In this document: in pieces, positions 38,738 to 50,639 of the stretch
Position numbering within the stretch: the stretch's first letter is position 1
Layout: each line of letters opens with the position of its first letter
NCBI RefSeq assembly: GCF_009914755.1
Contig: NC_060934.1
Strand: one strand, 5' to 3'
Source of the DNA: the human T2T-CHM13v2.0 reference genome, Homo sapiens
DNA: 64,000 nucleotides
Made by a program: the position numbers and the translations under genes
The notes under the pieces: model-generated
Databases searched by the model: none
Seen by the model: the letters and a program-made list of their open reading frames with translations, nothing else
Told to the model about the DNA's origin: nothing

Positions 38738-41158
38738 TAATTATTATTTTATTCATCAAATATTTATAGAGTTCCTACTATGCACTAGGTCCTGTGTTAG
38801 GCCCTGGGTCATTGTAGAGGCTCTTGGCACATGTGGGACTATGGTCAAAAGTTATCATTCGAATGAAATATGCTTATTACAATGGATATATGCTGAATAA
38901 ATGAATAAGTCAGGAGACACCACGTGCTAGCTCTGACTCTAACACTGATGCCTTGGGTCTCCTTTGCCATTCTCTGTAAATGAAGCTTCCAGGCTGATAT
39001 GCAATGCAAAGACTTAGATTAAGACATAAAGTCTTCAAATTTTAGAACTAGAAAAGACTTTGGCAGGCAAGTGATGTGAAATTTTAGAGGGAAAGTGATC
39101 CCTTTGAAAATCAAATGAGATATGGACTCCTTTATCTAAATACACAAAACACTATGCATACAAATGCTGGGGATTCCTAGAACATTTGAAGCCTATTTGT
39201 GGACTTCCTAGCAATCCACAGGCCAAGAACCTCACATCTGGGCTAACCTCCCATTATTTGGGGTGAGAAATCTGAGACTCAGAGAAGGGAAGAGAAGCCC
39301 TACATCTCACAGCAAATCAGTAGCAAAGTCCATGCCTGAGATCTGGTTCCGTGCTCTCCCGCCACAGACCCCTGACTTACAGGAAGCACATGGAATATGA
39401 GGAAACCAGTACTGGCTCCCGGGAACACAGAACTTCAGGATGTCACATGCTGATATTTATTTTCTGTTAATATCTCTCAGGGACAGACAGAGTGGTTCAG
39501 ACAACCAACTCTGTTTCCAGTGCGAGGCTATATGGCACCTCTGGATGCCTCCTAAAATTGGGCAGTTGGAAAGCTCCAGAGATGGACTGGCAGAGCTGGT
39601 GAGTCAAGGATGGAGGGAAGCAGGAAGCAGAGGAGAGTCTGGTGGTCTGGGTACTCAACAGCGAGGCCTCAAGGACAGTCAGCTTCCCTCTGTCCACTGG
39701 CTGGTCCCTGGAGTTCAGGGGGCTCTTCTGCCATGGGGCAGTGGTGCACGGTAAGGCAGAGCCTGGTCTCTGGCTATCATGGAAAGAACTAACTTAGCAT
39801 AGTGCCTGAGAGCAGGGGCACTGGTGCCTCCCTGCTAGGGTTTAGAGTCATGTTGTTCTACTTCCTGGCTGTGCCACCTTGGGCCAATAGCTAACCTCTC
39901 TTCCTGATCTCTAAAGTGGGGCCTGTGATGCCTTTACACCATAGGCTTGTGAGAATTACATGAGTTCGTTCTTGCAAAATGCTTAGAACAGAGCCTGACA
40001 TATAATAAATGCCATACAAATGTATGATAATTCAGGGCATAAAATCCATACTTCCTCAGGCATCAGTTTTCCTCTGCTGGATTCTTTAGAACAAGCCACT
40101 ACACTTCAAAAAAAGTTACATTTTTAAAAAATCAACTTTATCAAATTATAAATTATATGCAATCATATGTAATAATATGTACCTATTGTAATTGTACATT
40201 CAGACAAATTAGTTTTGGTAAATGTATGCATTTGTGTAACCACAACCGCAATCGGGATATAGAATGTTTTCATCACCCCCAAAACTTCTTTTCTGTCCCT
40301 CGTCCCAGTCAATCCTCCTTTATCTCCATCTCCAAATGATCATGAAATTTGCCACCAAAGGTTATGGTGGCACATCTCTGTCAATGTGCATTCGCTGGGC
40401 ACCAAATATATGGATGTCTCCCAATATATGTATGCATTTGTTATATAATATATATTATATATGTCCTGCTATCAGTCTGTATCATACCCACTAGGAAAGC
40501 TTACTTCATGTTTTTTTTTAGATAAAAATAAACACAAGAAAATTATTAAGCAAATGGTTAAGATGAGAACCATTGGTGGATTGGTGTAAAGGGAATACAA
40601 GAGTTCTTTTGTACAGTTCTTGAAAGTTTTCTGTAAGATTAACATTGTACCAAAATGAAAACTTACAGCAAATTGACCTAAGCAGCAGCCGGTAGAGCTA
40701 TTGTTGGGCACTTTGCACACTGTCCGTTCTCAGAATCCCCTGGAAAGTTTCTGAACCCTGCCAAAGCCCAGGCCTCGCCCCAGCTCACAGGAATCAGAAG
40801 CTCCAGGGGTGGAGCTTTGGGCATCCACTTGGCTCACAGTGAGGGAGCCAGGGTTCCTGAGGGCCATGGGCCTTGGCAGGAGAGGACTCCCTTCAGCTGG
40901 CTGAGTCCACACTGGCCTTCAGAGTAAAATCGGCCAGGCTTGAGTTTGGCTAGAGAAGAACTTGCTCAAGTCGTGGGGCAGATGTGTTTGTGAAAATGCT
41001 TTGTATCTGTAAAGCACTGTATATGTCTAAGGGCAAAAACATCCCACTTTGGGAATGAGGTAGCTTAAAAGTGAATAACGCATACACAGAATAGATGTAG
41101 AATATAAAGCGTCGGCTAATTATTAGATCACCTCCACTGCTGCAATTACTACTACTAC

Positions 41159-41265
41159 TAGCTGGCCATCCCAGTCTGCCTGGAACTGTCCTGATTTTAG
41201 CACTGAAAGCCTTGCATCCCAGGAAAACCCTCCATTCCAGATAAACTGGGATGGCTGGTCACCCC
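41159..41265. mobile_element. MER81 (hAT-Blackjack MITE)
   Basis: ccatcccagtctgcctggaactgtcctgattttagcactgaaag..aaactgggatggctggtcaccc with inverted termini. Confidence 0.7.
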
Positions 41266-41313
41266 AGAGCCTGTTAATACCCTTTCAATTACCATGATCA
41301 CTTTGACTAACAC

Positions 41314-41688
41314 TGTATTAGTCAGCTCAGGCTGCCATTAAAAATACCATCGACTGGAGGGCCTAAAATTAGAAATTTATTTTCCCACAGTTCTGGAGGC
41401 TGGGAAGCTCAAGATCAAGGTTCTGGCTGATTCAGTTCCTGGTGGGGGCTCTCTTCCTGGTTGTAGATGGTGGCCTTCTTGCTGTGCCCTCACATGGCCT
41501 TTCCTCTTGCTCACAAAGGATAAAAGGACCCCTGGTGTCCCCTCCTCTAATAAGGTGGATCAGGGCCTCAGACTTATGACTTCATTTAACTATAGCTCCT
41601 TCTGTAAAGGGCTTCTCTCCAGTCACATTGGGGGTTAGGGCTTCAACATGTAAATTTTGGGGGAGACACAAACATTCAGTCCACAACA
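41314..41688 (-). mobile_element. MLT1A-type MaLR solo LTR
   Basis: tgtattagtcagctcaggctgcc..cacagttctggaggctgggaag..gggggttagggcttcaacatg..aacattcagtccacaaca. Confidence 0.88.
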
Positions 41689-43382
41689 ACCACCACCCAC
41701 TCTGCCCACCACCATTACAAGCATAACTGTGTAGCCAGTCTCTAGGGCTCTCTGCTTGGCTGCACCTGCCCCCGCTTGGGATAGCTCCCACTTTCACGGG
41801 CATTCCCTGCCTTTGCTCTCTTACCCTCTTCCTTGAGCTCTTAGCATGTTGCTGCTCCGTAGGAATGTTCTATGTCTTGGAACATGCCTTCTCCAGGCTG
41901 CTTGCCTGGCCAAAGGAAATCCAGGTACCTGGCATGACCAAGGAAAAGCCAGGCTTTCAAAGGAGCTGGATCTGCCTGTGCAGAAAAGGAATCCCCTAGA
42001 ACCCTCTCTTACTCACAGCCTCTCCCCCTGAAATTACTCCCTCATCTACCCCTTCTCCTGGATTTGCCACAAAAATGTCCATCTCAGCAGTGGGCAGCTC
42101 ACTGGCTGCATGGGGGTAGGGGGCTCCTGAAGGTTAATGAGGTTCAGGCTGCTGGTCCTCATGGAGGTCACTGTCACCCCCAGTCATGCCCCGGAGCCCT
42201 GTGCTGGCCTCTTCCTGTCGCCGGGACTTCATTAGAAATGTTAATTATTAATTATCACTAAAAGCCCTTTTTGCTGCATAGCTGTTCTCAATTGCTCTCA
42301 CTATCTCTCTTTCTCCCTTTTTCTTTCTGTAACTGGATCCTGGTTCCTGGGTCTTCTGTTTTTCTTTGGGTCCTTTTCTCTGCTTGCCTTCACCTGCAGG
42401 CTTGGGAGCTGGGGTGTCCTGGGGCAAGGAGCAGCCAGGGATAGGCACCTGGACACATCCTTTTGCAGAGTCATTCTGGCCAGAGCACCCATTTCCTTCT
42501 TTCAAAGCATTGAGCACGCAAGGGTATAGAAACTGTGCAGAATCTGGGTGAGAACTGGGTCCTAATGTTCTGAATTATTTTTGATGGAAACCCAAATAAC
42601 CCCCATTCTTTCCACTCTCTCTATCTTCAGCTCAGGTGCTAAGACCCACTTTTATTGGCAGACCAGGAAAGCCACCAAAAGAGATGTCATTTGAAGGCAT
42701 CCTGGAAGGGTCCGCCTACCAAAAATGTTCTCTTCGTCCTGTTACGGTGTCATACTTCCACCTTAGGGAGGTGGCTTGTGGAGGGGAAGAGCACTGGAAG
42801 AGTCAGGTAGTGACTTAAGGCCCGGAGTTGTCACTATTTGCTGTGAGACCTTAGGTCACTTTCATCTCAGACTACATAGTTCAGCAAAAGAACATGGCTT
42901 GGGGGTCGGGAGACCTGGGTTTGAATCCCTGCTCTGCCACACTTACTGTGCAGACTTGCACAGATGAGTTAGATAACCTCTCTGAGCCTCATCACTTAAA
43001 ACATGGCAATAATCTTTCCCTCTTTGGGATATTGGGGAATTTAATGAGATCATATCTCTAGCTCCAAGCTTGATACATTGTAGGTACTTAATAAATGTTC
43101 ATATCTTATCCATAAAAAAAGAGATGAAAACTCCTGCCCTTTGTATATAACAGAGCTGAGGGGTTGAATTTCTGAACAATTGCTATATGCCAGCCACTAT
43201 TTTAAATACTTTATACATATTAACTCATTTAACTCCCATAACAACTTTATGATGGAGACACTATTATTATCATTACTATTTATGAAGGAGGAGAATCAGA
43301 TAAAGAAAAGTTAAAAAACATGACTGAGGCCATGGGCTAGTAAGTAGGAAAGGTAGGACATTTTTAGGGTCGTTTAGGGTCC

Positions 43383-43710
43383 AGAACTGTATTGTCCAAT
43401 AATATGCCTCCTTCCCAGATATGGTTATTGAGCCCTTGAAATGTGGCTGAATTGGGATATGCTTTAAGTGTAAATTATAAACCCAGTTTCAAAGACTTAT
43501 TTCAAAAAGAAAGAGAGAATGTAAAATAGCTCAGTAATAACTTTTATATTGACTACATGTTAAATAGGTAATATTTTGGATATGCAGTGAGTTAGATAAA
43601 ATATATTACTAAAACTAACTTCACCTGTTTCTTTGTCTGATTTTTAGCATGGCTACTAGAAAATTTAAAATGACAGGTGGCTTGCATTATCTTTTCTTTG
43701 GGCCACATGG
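43383..43710. mobile_element. MER33 (hAT-Charlie)
   Basis: tgtccaata..ttattgagcccttgaaatgtggct..ttttatattgactacatgttaaat..atattttggata..ggctactagaaaatttaaaat. Confidence 0.75.
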
Positions 43711-44189
43711 CCCAGAGCCCCCACTCATAGCCACCTACTATACTGTGGAAGCAGTGAGGATGTGTAGATACTGAAGTGCTAGGTTATATGAGAGTAAAGT
43801 CACTGCCAGCTCCTAAAGGGGGGCTTCTTGGGGTTTTGTCAATATCAGGGGTTCTCTTCCTAAAGTGTAGACACCTCTGACAGAATGATATTCCAAGCCT
43901 TCTCTAGGGCAGTCTAGGAACAGCTTCACAAAGACTAAGTCTTTGACCTTGAGTCTTTACTCACCTTCCTGCTGCCCAAACTTGGAAGAGGCAGTGAAAG
44001 GAAAGAGATCTTGTCCAAGACACAGTTTTGCTTCTCAGTTCTGACCCTGGGCAGGATGAGGGCTCACATCTAGTAGAACTGACATCCCGACCAGCTGCTC
44101 AGAGACCCCCACGGTGGGAGAGGGAGGCAAGCTCTCAGCCTGGGACTGGCTTTCCTCGGGATAGCCGCAATCTGCTCTGCCCCGGTTCT

Positions 44190-44300
44190 CTGGTAGATTT
44201 CTGTGTGAGTACCTCCAATGACAGGGAGCTCAATGCCCTGTCTGCCCCACTGCTGGACAGTTCTACTTTTTAGAAAACTCTTTTTTTTATTGAGCCACCC
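44190..44300 (-). mobile_element. L3/CR1 3' fragment
   Basis: gagtacctccaatgacagggagctcaatgcc..ggacagttctactttttagaaaactc..attgagcc resembles the L3 3' region. Confidence 0.6.
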
Positions 44301-44471
44301 TTTACAGAATGCTCAGATTCTAAAAATAACTCTAAGTTCTGTTTTCTGGAACTGTGCTTTTCAAAATTCTAGAAAAAAGGGCAAGGAGCTTAGTACCCCC
44401 TAAGACCTGCTGAATTAAAATTTCCTGGAGTGAAAGCCTAGGAATTTGCATCTTTCCCTCTCTCAGTCTGT

Positions 44472-44472
<1 letters not shown>

Positions 44473-44517
<45 letters not shown>
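44473..44517. repeat. (TC)n(AC)n compound microsatellite
   Basis: Read directly. Confidence 0.9.
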
Positions 44518-45789
44518 AAAGCAGGGGCTCTCAGTCTTGGTGTCACAGTGCCCAATACTGTGATCAGTTGTGACATGTGCTGCCAGTATTTTTTCCTAAA
44601 AATAAAGTGGCTAAATTTTAAAATTATTTACCTCTTAAATTAACTTGCTCAGACTCAGGATTATTCCTCTAGTAGTATTGCTTTTACTCACTTGCCTTCT
44701 GGGACACCTTCTTGATTAGAAGAGAAGGGTGTGGTGTTACTGTCATGATGAGCACTGTGCATATCCACACCTTATCTCTGCCCAGGGATGTCAGCAATCA
44801 AGGAGGGACGGATGGGTCAGCAATTTACTAATATTGAGGCTGACTCTGTAACCAGCAATGTGCTAAGAAGTTTATGCATATTATTTCATGTAACTCTCCC
44901 GCTAATCCTTGGAGGGGGAACCAATATTGGCTTCATTTTCCTAGGAAGGAAACTGAGAAGAGAGGTTAGGTAACTTGCTTAACCCAGCTGGGAAACAAAC
45001 AAATGAAACAGAATAAGACCTTGATAGGTAGGTAGATCTGTCTGTCTTGTTAGACCTTAATTGTTCCATGACAATTAGAGATGGCTGGGAGATTTATATA
45101 AACCTTGTCCAGGGACTTTGATAAGGGAATGCTGCCATCTCCCCCTAAGAGGACCCCAGGGACATAAAACGGGACCAAGGTGAGGCAAAGGAACACATTA
45201 TAATTCTGGGGACACTGGCCCCAACCCCCAGTGCAGGGTGCTGGGGAGCTGTCCTGGACCCCTTGGGGAACTCTTACTTCAATGAGGACAGCCTAGAATC
45301 AAGGCCAGCTAAAAGGGCTGCTCTGCTGACGTCCATGCCAAAGTGTCTAGCCAATTATTGGCTTTTAACATTTCAACATGAGGAAAGGCCATACTTGCCA
45401 GCAAGAAGTAGATGAAAGCACCAAAGACCAAGAGAATGCTGTATGTGGGCAGTGTGGATTTACTTATCCCCACCCCAGTCAGGCTCTGCCCTTCCTAGAA
45501 TGCCAGATGGGGTGGCAGGCAGAGAAGCTGTGACATTTTCTCAGCCACCAGATCCCTGCTGGAGACCACCAAGTCTCCACAATGAATGTGACTTTGTTGT
45601 GACAATGACACATTACTGTAAGTTCTTTACTTTCCTGCAAGTATACAGTGGCAGGGGGTGTCTAAAATCAGGGGTCTGTCATGGGAATGTGTTGAGTATG
45701 TGAACATTATCTGTCACATGGATTCCAGTGAATAAACATGGTTGGGAATGGCTGGTTTAGAGGATCCTCTGAGGAAATCTACTCTAGTT

Positions 45790-46680
45790 CCCACACAACA
45801 ACCCTTCACATGTTTGCAGAAGCATTCATATTCCCCTGAATTGCGTGCTCCTGGACCCAAGTTTCCTAGCTCCCTCACACTTTCTATAGGCATGGCTTTC
45901 AGCTCCTGCACCATCTGGCTGCCGTTCTCAGGACATGCTCCAATTTCTCAATATCCTTCTTATCCTATAATGCCCAGGTTTGAGCATGGTGTTCCAGACA
46001 GGACTAACCAGTTCTAAGCACACCGAGGCCATGTTGTAGTCTAGACCAGAGACGTTTGCTTCCCTTAATTGTGGGCCAAGATTGTGTTCATTTTATGTAT
46101 CATGTATCAACCACATAAAACAGTTGGACCAAGCTGAGCTAGTGGCCAACTTACAGAATAACAAACAAATAGGTCATTTTCACATGGACTGCTGCCAAAC
46201 CAGGCCTACTCCATCCGGTACTTGTGCAATTAATTTTTAACCTAAATGTAAGACTTCGCATTTCTCTTTGTTTCATTCCATCATGTTGGTTTCAGCCCTA
46301 TGTTCCTTCCTGTTGAGGTCATTTCTTATTTCCATTCTGTCATCTGTGGTGGTAACTATACTTCCCAGCTTTGTGTCAGCTGCAGACTTGATTAGAACCC
46401 CTTGTATGTCGTCTTCTGAGTCACAGGTAACAGTGCCAATGAGGTCAGCACCAAGGACAGAGCCCGATGGCTTGCCCCTACAGACCTCCTTTGGGTTGAC
46501 ACAGAAAAAACTAATCAACATGCTTTGACTGTGGTGCTCATCCAGCTGTGACTCCACTTCCTGTCCTCTGACCCAATTCTCATTTCCCCATCATGTCCTC
46601 AAGGGCACCAGGTAAAGCATTTGTCAAATGCCATGCTGAAATCAAGACACATTGGGTCCATATCACTGCTTTGATCTTCT
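45790..46680 (-). mobile_element. L3/CR1 LINE with decayed reverse-transcriptase domain
   Basis: Minus-strand translations CLDFSMAFDK (cf. YLDFSKAFD) and GKPSGSVLGADL..GVLIKSAADTKLG..MEIRNDLNR (cf. GVPQGSVLGPVL..LIKFADDTKLG..IQNDLDRL). Confidence 0.88.
46444..46464 (+). promoter_or_regulatory. RE1/NRSE (REST binding site)
   Basis: GTCAGCACCAAGGACAGAGCC matches the 21-bp RE1 consensus NTCAGCACCNNGGACAGNNCC with both half sites and the canonical 2-nt spacer. Confidence 0.8.
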
Positions 46681-49534
46681 GCCTGAATGAATGCTGCTGA
46701 CATGCAATGGGCAAGATACTTACATGGCTCGGGGAGATGGAGAAAAAAATAAATGTGTAAATGACTGAGAAGATGGGGATTCACTATGAAAATAGGGAGA
46801 AACTTATTTAAAGTTGAAGGATTGGTACATAAACCTCTCCTAGAAAGTATCATTTTACTTCCCCAAATATGCATATTGTTTTCTTATAATAGCCTATCAT
46901 GTGTTGTGATTATTGTGTACATTTTTATGTCCCCCATGAACCTTTAAATCTTTTCTTTTTTTTCTTAAGCCAGCTCTATATCTCTCTTATTATCAAATAT
47001 TTTTTAAAATACCATCCTTAAGTCAAGGACTGCATCTTAATAATTGAATAAGAATATATGAAAAGTACCCAGTCCAGAGCTTGGATAAATGTAGGAGTCT
47101 AAAAAGTATTAGTTTCCTTTGTGTGCTCACAGCATGGCTCAAGGCCTTATACTCAGCACATGCTCAGTAAATGGGTGAATGGATGCACCCGTGCCTGAAG
47201 GACCACAGTGGATGTGGATGTCTCATATCTCCTTGGCATTCAGACTGAAATAGTAAACGCATGGGAATGATTACATGAGGAGACCTGGTACACAGATTTA
47301 TAGTTGAACTGAGTCCAATCAGTTCATATCTGATTCATGTCAACCAAACCAACTTCACAAGAGGTCAGTTGTCAAACCAGAATACCACATATTAATTTGC
47401 TCTGAGAACTATTGTCTGACCCCAACTCAAGGGGAGATAGTGCACATCTGGCTAGAGGATGTAGATCAATTGAATAGGTGTTGGGAGAGGGACAGGGGAT
47501 CCCAGAGAGGGCAAGAGCAGGATCAGAGATGAGCCCAAAGAGCATTTGATAGAGAGGCCAGGGCTCCAAATGAAATAAAGTTCTGTTGGTCTTAGGTCCA
47601 AGAGGTGGGCATGGGATCGAAGTGGGAGACAATCCAAGAGAGCAGGTGCCAAGTAAGTGCTAGAAAAATCAAGGAGTGAAAGTGGGCATGCTCTGAGATG
47701 GACCAGGACTTTTATTGCAAATATGGCTGATATGCCAAGACCTTGCTGTTACTGGGGCCAGCTGCATGCGTCCTGGGGTGGTTTGGCCAGGTTGGGAGAC
47801 TTGGATCTGGATAGGCTGTTATGACAGTTAGATGCATCTAAATATACATTTCCCCCTGCTCCGTGCTGGAGAAATGCTGGCATTATCCAAATTCTCCTTT
47901 TAAACAGAATCCTTTCCTTTGTTAACCGATCAGCCTGTTATTACAAAAATACCTTTTTTTATATTCCAAGCCAGGATGGGCTTTGCACTAAGGCAGTCCT
48001 GGGTTCAAATCCCAGGACTGACACTTGTGACTGTGTGATCTTGGGGAAGTTACTTAGCTTTTCCAAGCCTTAGTTTCCCCACCTGCAGACTGGAAGTAAT
48101 AATGTCTACCTCATGGTACTGCCAGGAAATTAGATTTAACATATCTAAAATGCTTGGCAGGTAGTTGTCATAAACTGTAGCCATCATTATTAACTGTGTG
48201 ACTTTGGACAAAAGTCACTTAACTCCTCTGAGCCTCATTTCATCATGAACAGAATGGCTATAAGAATTGTGAGGATATGGGATGGAAAACATTTTGCAAA
48301 GTATGAAGTACTCAATAAACATACAAAATTATTATTACTTACAGGATGCTTAGACAGTGTAGGAAAGTCTCATTATTTTATATACCCACCAAGCCCAAAG
48401 ATGTGCCCTGAGTCAGAGATCCAGGGACAGTCTTCAGGGAGCTCTGTGATGCTTTCAAAACTGTTTGCAAAGTGTTGTGAATATTCACACACAACATGTT
48501 CTCCGGGTGAGAGAATTGATAGCTTTAATTATATTTTCAAAGGGGTCCGTCTTCCCTAAAAGGTCAGGAAACATGGCCCTGGGATAATGAAAATATAGGA
48601 AAGCTATAGTTTCCCAACATTGTTGTTAAATCTGGGTATGGGAAGTCCCTCAGAATGAATAGTCAATACTGTGACCATCTGGGACAATTCCATATCTGGG
48701 TTCATTTCCCTTGAGTCTTTCTCTAGCATGGAGGAATTCAAGGTCCTACCTTGTCAGTTTGCTTGTTTCTAAAGCACTGCACATGAGCCTGGACTAGCTA
48801 TTCATTCCCTCTGAATAGTTCCGCCCATTTGCAAAGGCCTTTCATGCCATTCCTGAGTAATTCCAAACAAGCCTGTGAGTTCATTTAGAATTATGACCCT
48901 TACTTTGTCAACAGTGAAAAGGGTTCAGCAATGCTTGGGACAGTGGCCAGCAGAGTTTATGTGCAGAGCAGAATTAGCACATGGGCAGTCAGGACAAGAA
49001 CTGGAGGATCTGAGTTAGAGACCAAGTTCTTTTCCCCCTACCCAACCCCCAGCCATATGATTAACAGAACAGGCTAATTCGAGGACTCTTGTTTGCCACT
49101 GCGGAGTATTGGTGAAGAGGCTGAGGGCAGTTAGGGGTCCCTTGTCAGATGACAGTGTCTGATCCTGGTCACCTCACTTCTTCACTCACCCCTGAGGATA
49201 ATGAAGAAATGGTCCAGCAGCAGACGATGCCATTATCTCTTCCCCATCTTCATTTCTCCACGAAGCAGTCACACGTGGATTACTCCCCACGCTTAAGGAG
49301 CCTTGGGGAGGAGGCTTAGACCAGCTTCACTCTAGGCATTGGGACAAGCTCCCTCTCTTACTCTCTCATCCTTCATTTGATGTGGGGTGGCCTTGCATCC
49401 CATAGGAACATCATGTTCTTACACCTGAGTTTGGATGTTAAGAAGAACAGATGGTTTCCTTTTGTACAGAGAAGGAGTATTCCTGCACAGTCTAGCATAC
49501 TGGGATATAAGTTCAAACCCCAGCTAGTCATGGC

Positions 49535-49785
49535 AGTGATTGCTAACATTTATGTAGTAATGTAGCATGGTGCCAAGTGTTTTGCCAGCATTAAATGCAT
49601 CTAATTCTCCCAAACAACCTATCAAATAAATACTACTAAAACCCCTTCCTAAGAGAGAAGAGAATTGAGGCATGAGAAGAGGAAGCAAACGACTTGCCCA
49701 AGGTCACACAGTGAGTACTAGTGGTGTCAGGATTCAAACCCAGTTGGTTCAGTAAATCCACATGCTTAACCACTGCACCACATTG
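49535..49785 (-). mobile_element. Near full-length MIR
   Basis: gacttgcccaaggtcacacagtgagtactagtggtgtcaggattcaaacccag..atgcttaaccactgcacc. Confidence 0.8.
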
Positions 49786-50212
49786 CCTCTCTAAGAGGAA
49801 ATCACCATTTCCTTGGCCCTGCCACATTTCTGCACATATCTATGCCAGGGTCTTGCTAGGAAGGGAGGTTCCTGGGCCAAGGCAGAATTTATGTATTGCT
49901 AGTTTGAATGGTAAATGTGGCCTGTTTCCTCATTTGTAAAGCGGAGACTATTCATACGCTACTTTCTTACAGAATTATCGTGTAGATCAAATGAGCCTTT
50001 GGGTGTGAAGGCCTTGTAAACACTGAGTATTGACCAATACGAGGCATCACCGTTATTATTACTGGTTGAGCATCTCTAAGAGTCTCAGCTGCTTGGGGTG
50101 ATATACAGCCTATGAGGCTGCTAGAGCTGGTGATTAGAGATCTCTTCACCTGCTTTTCCAAGGCCCAGATCCCCTTCATTCCTAGTTTTCCCTCAGAGGA
50201 GTCGAGAGAAGG

Positions 50213-50639
<427 letters not shown>

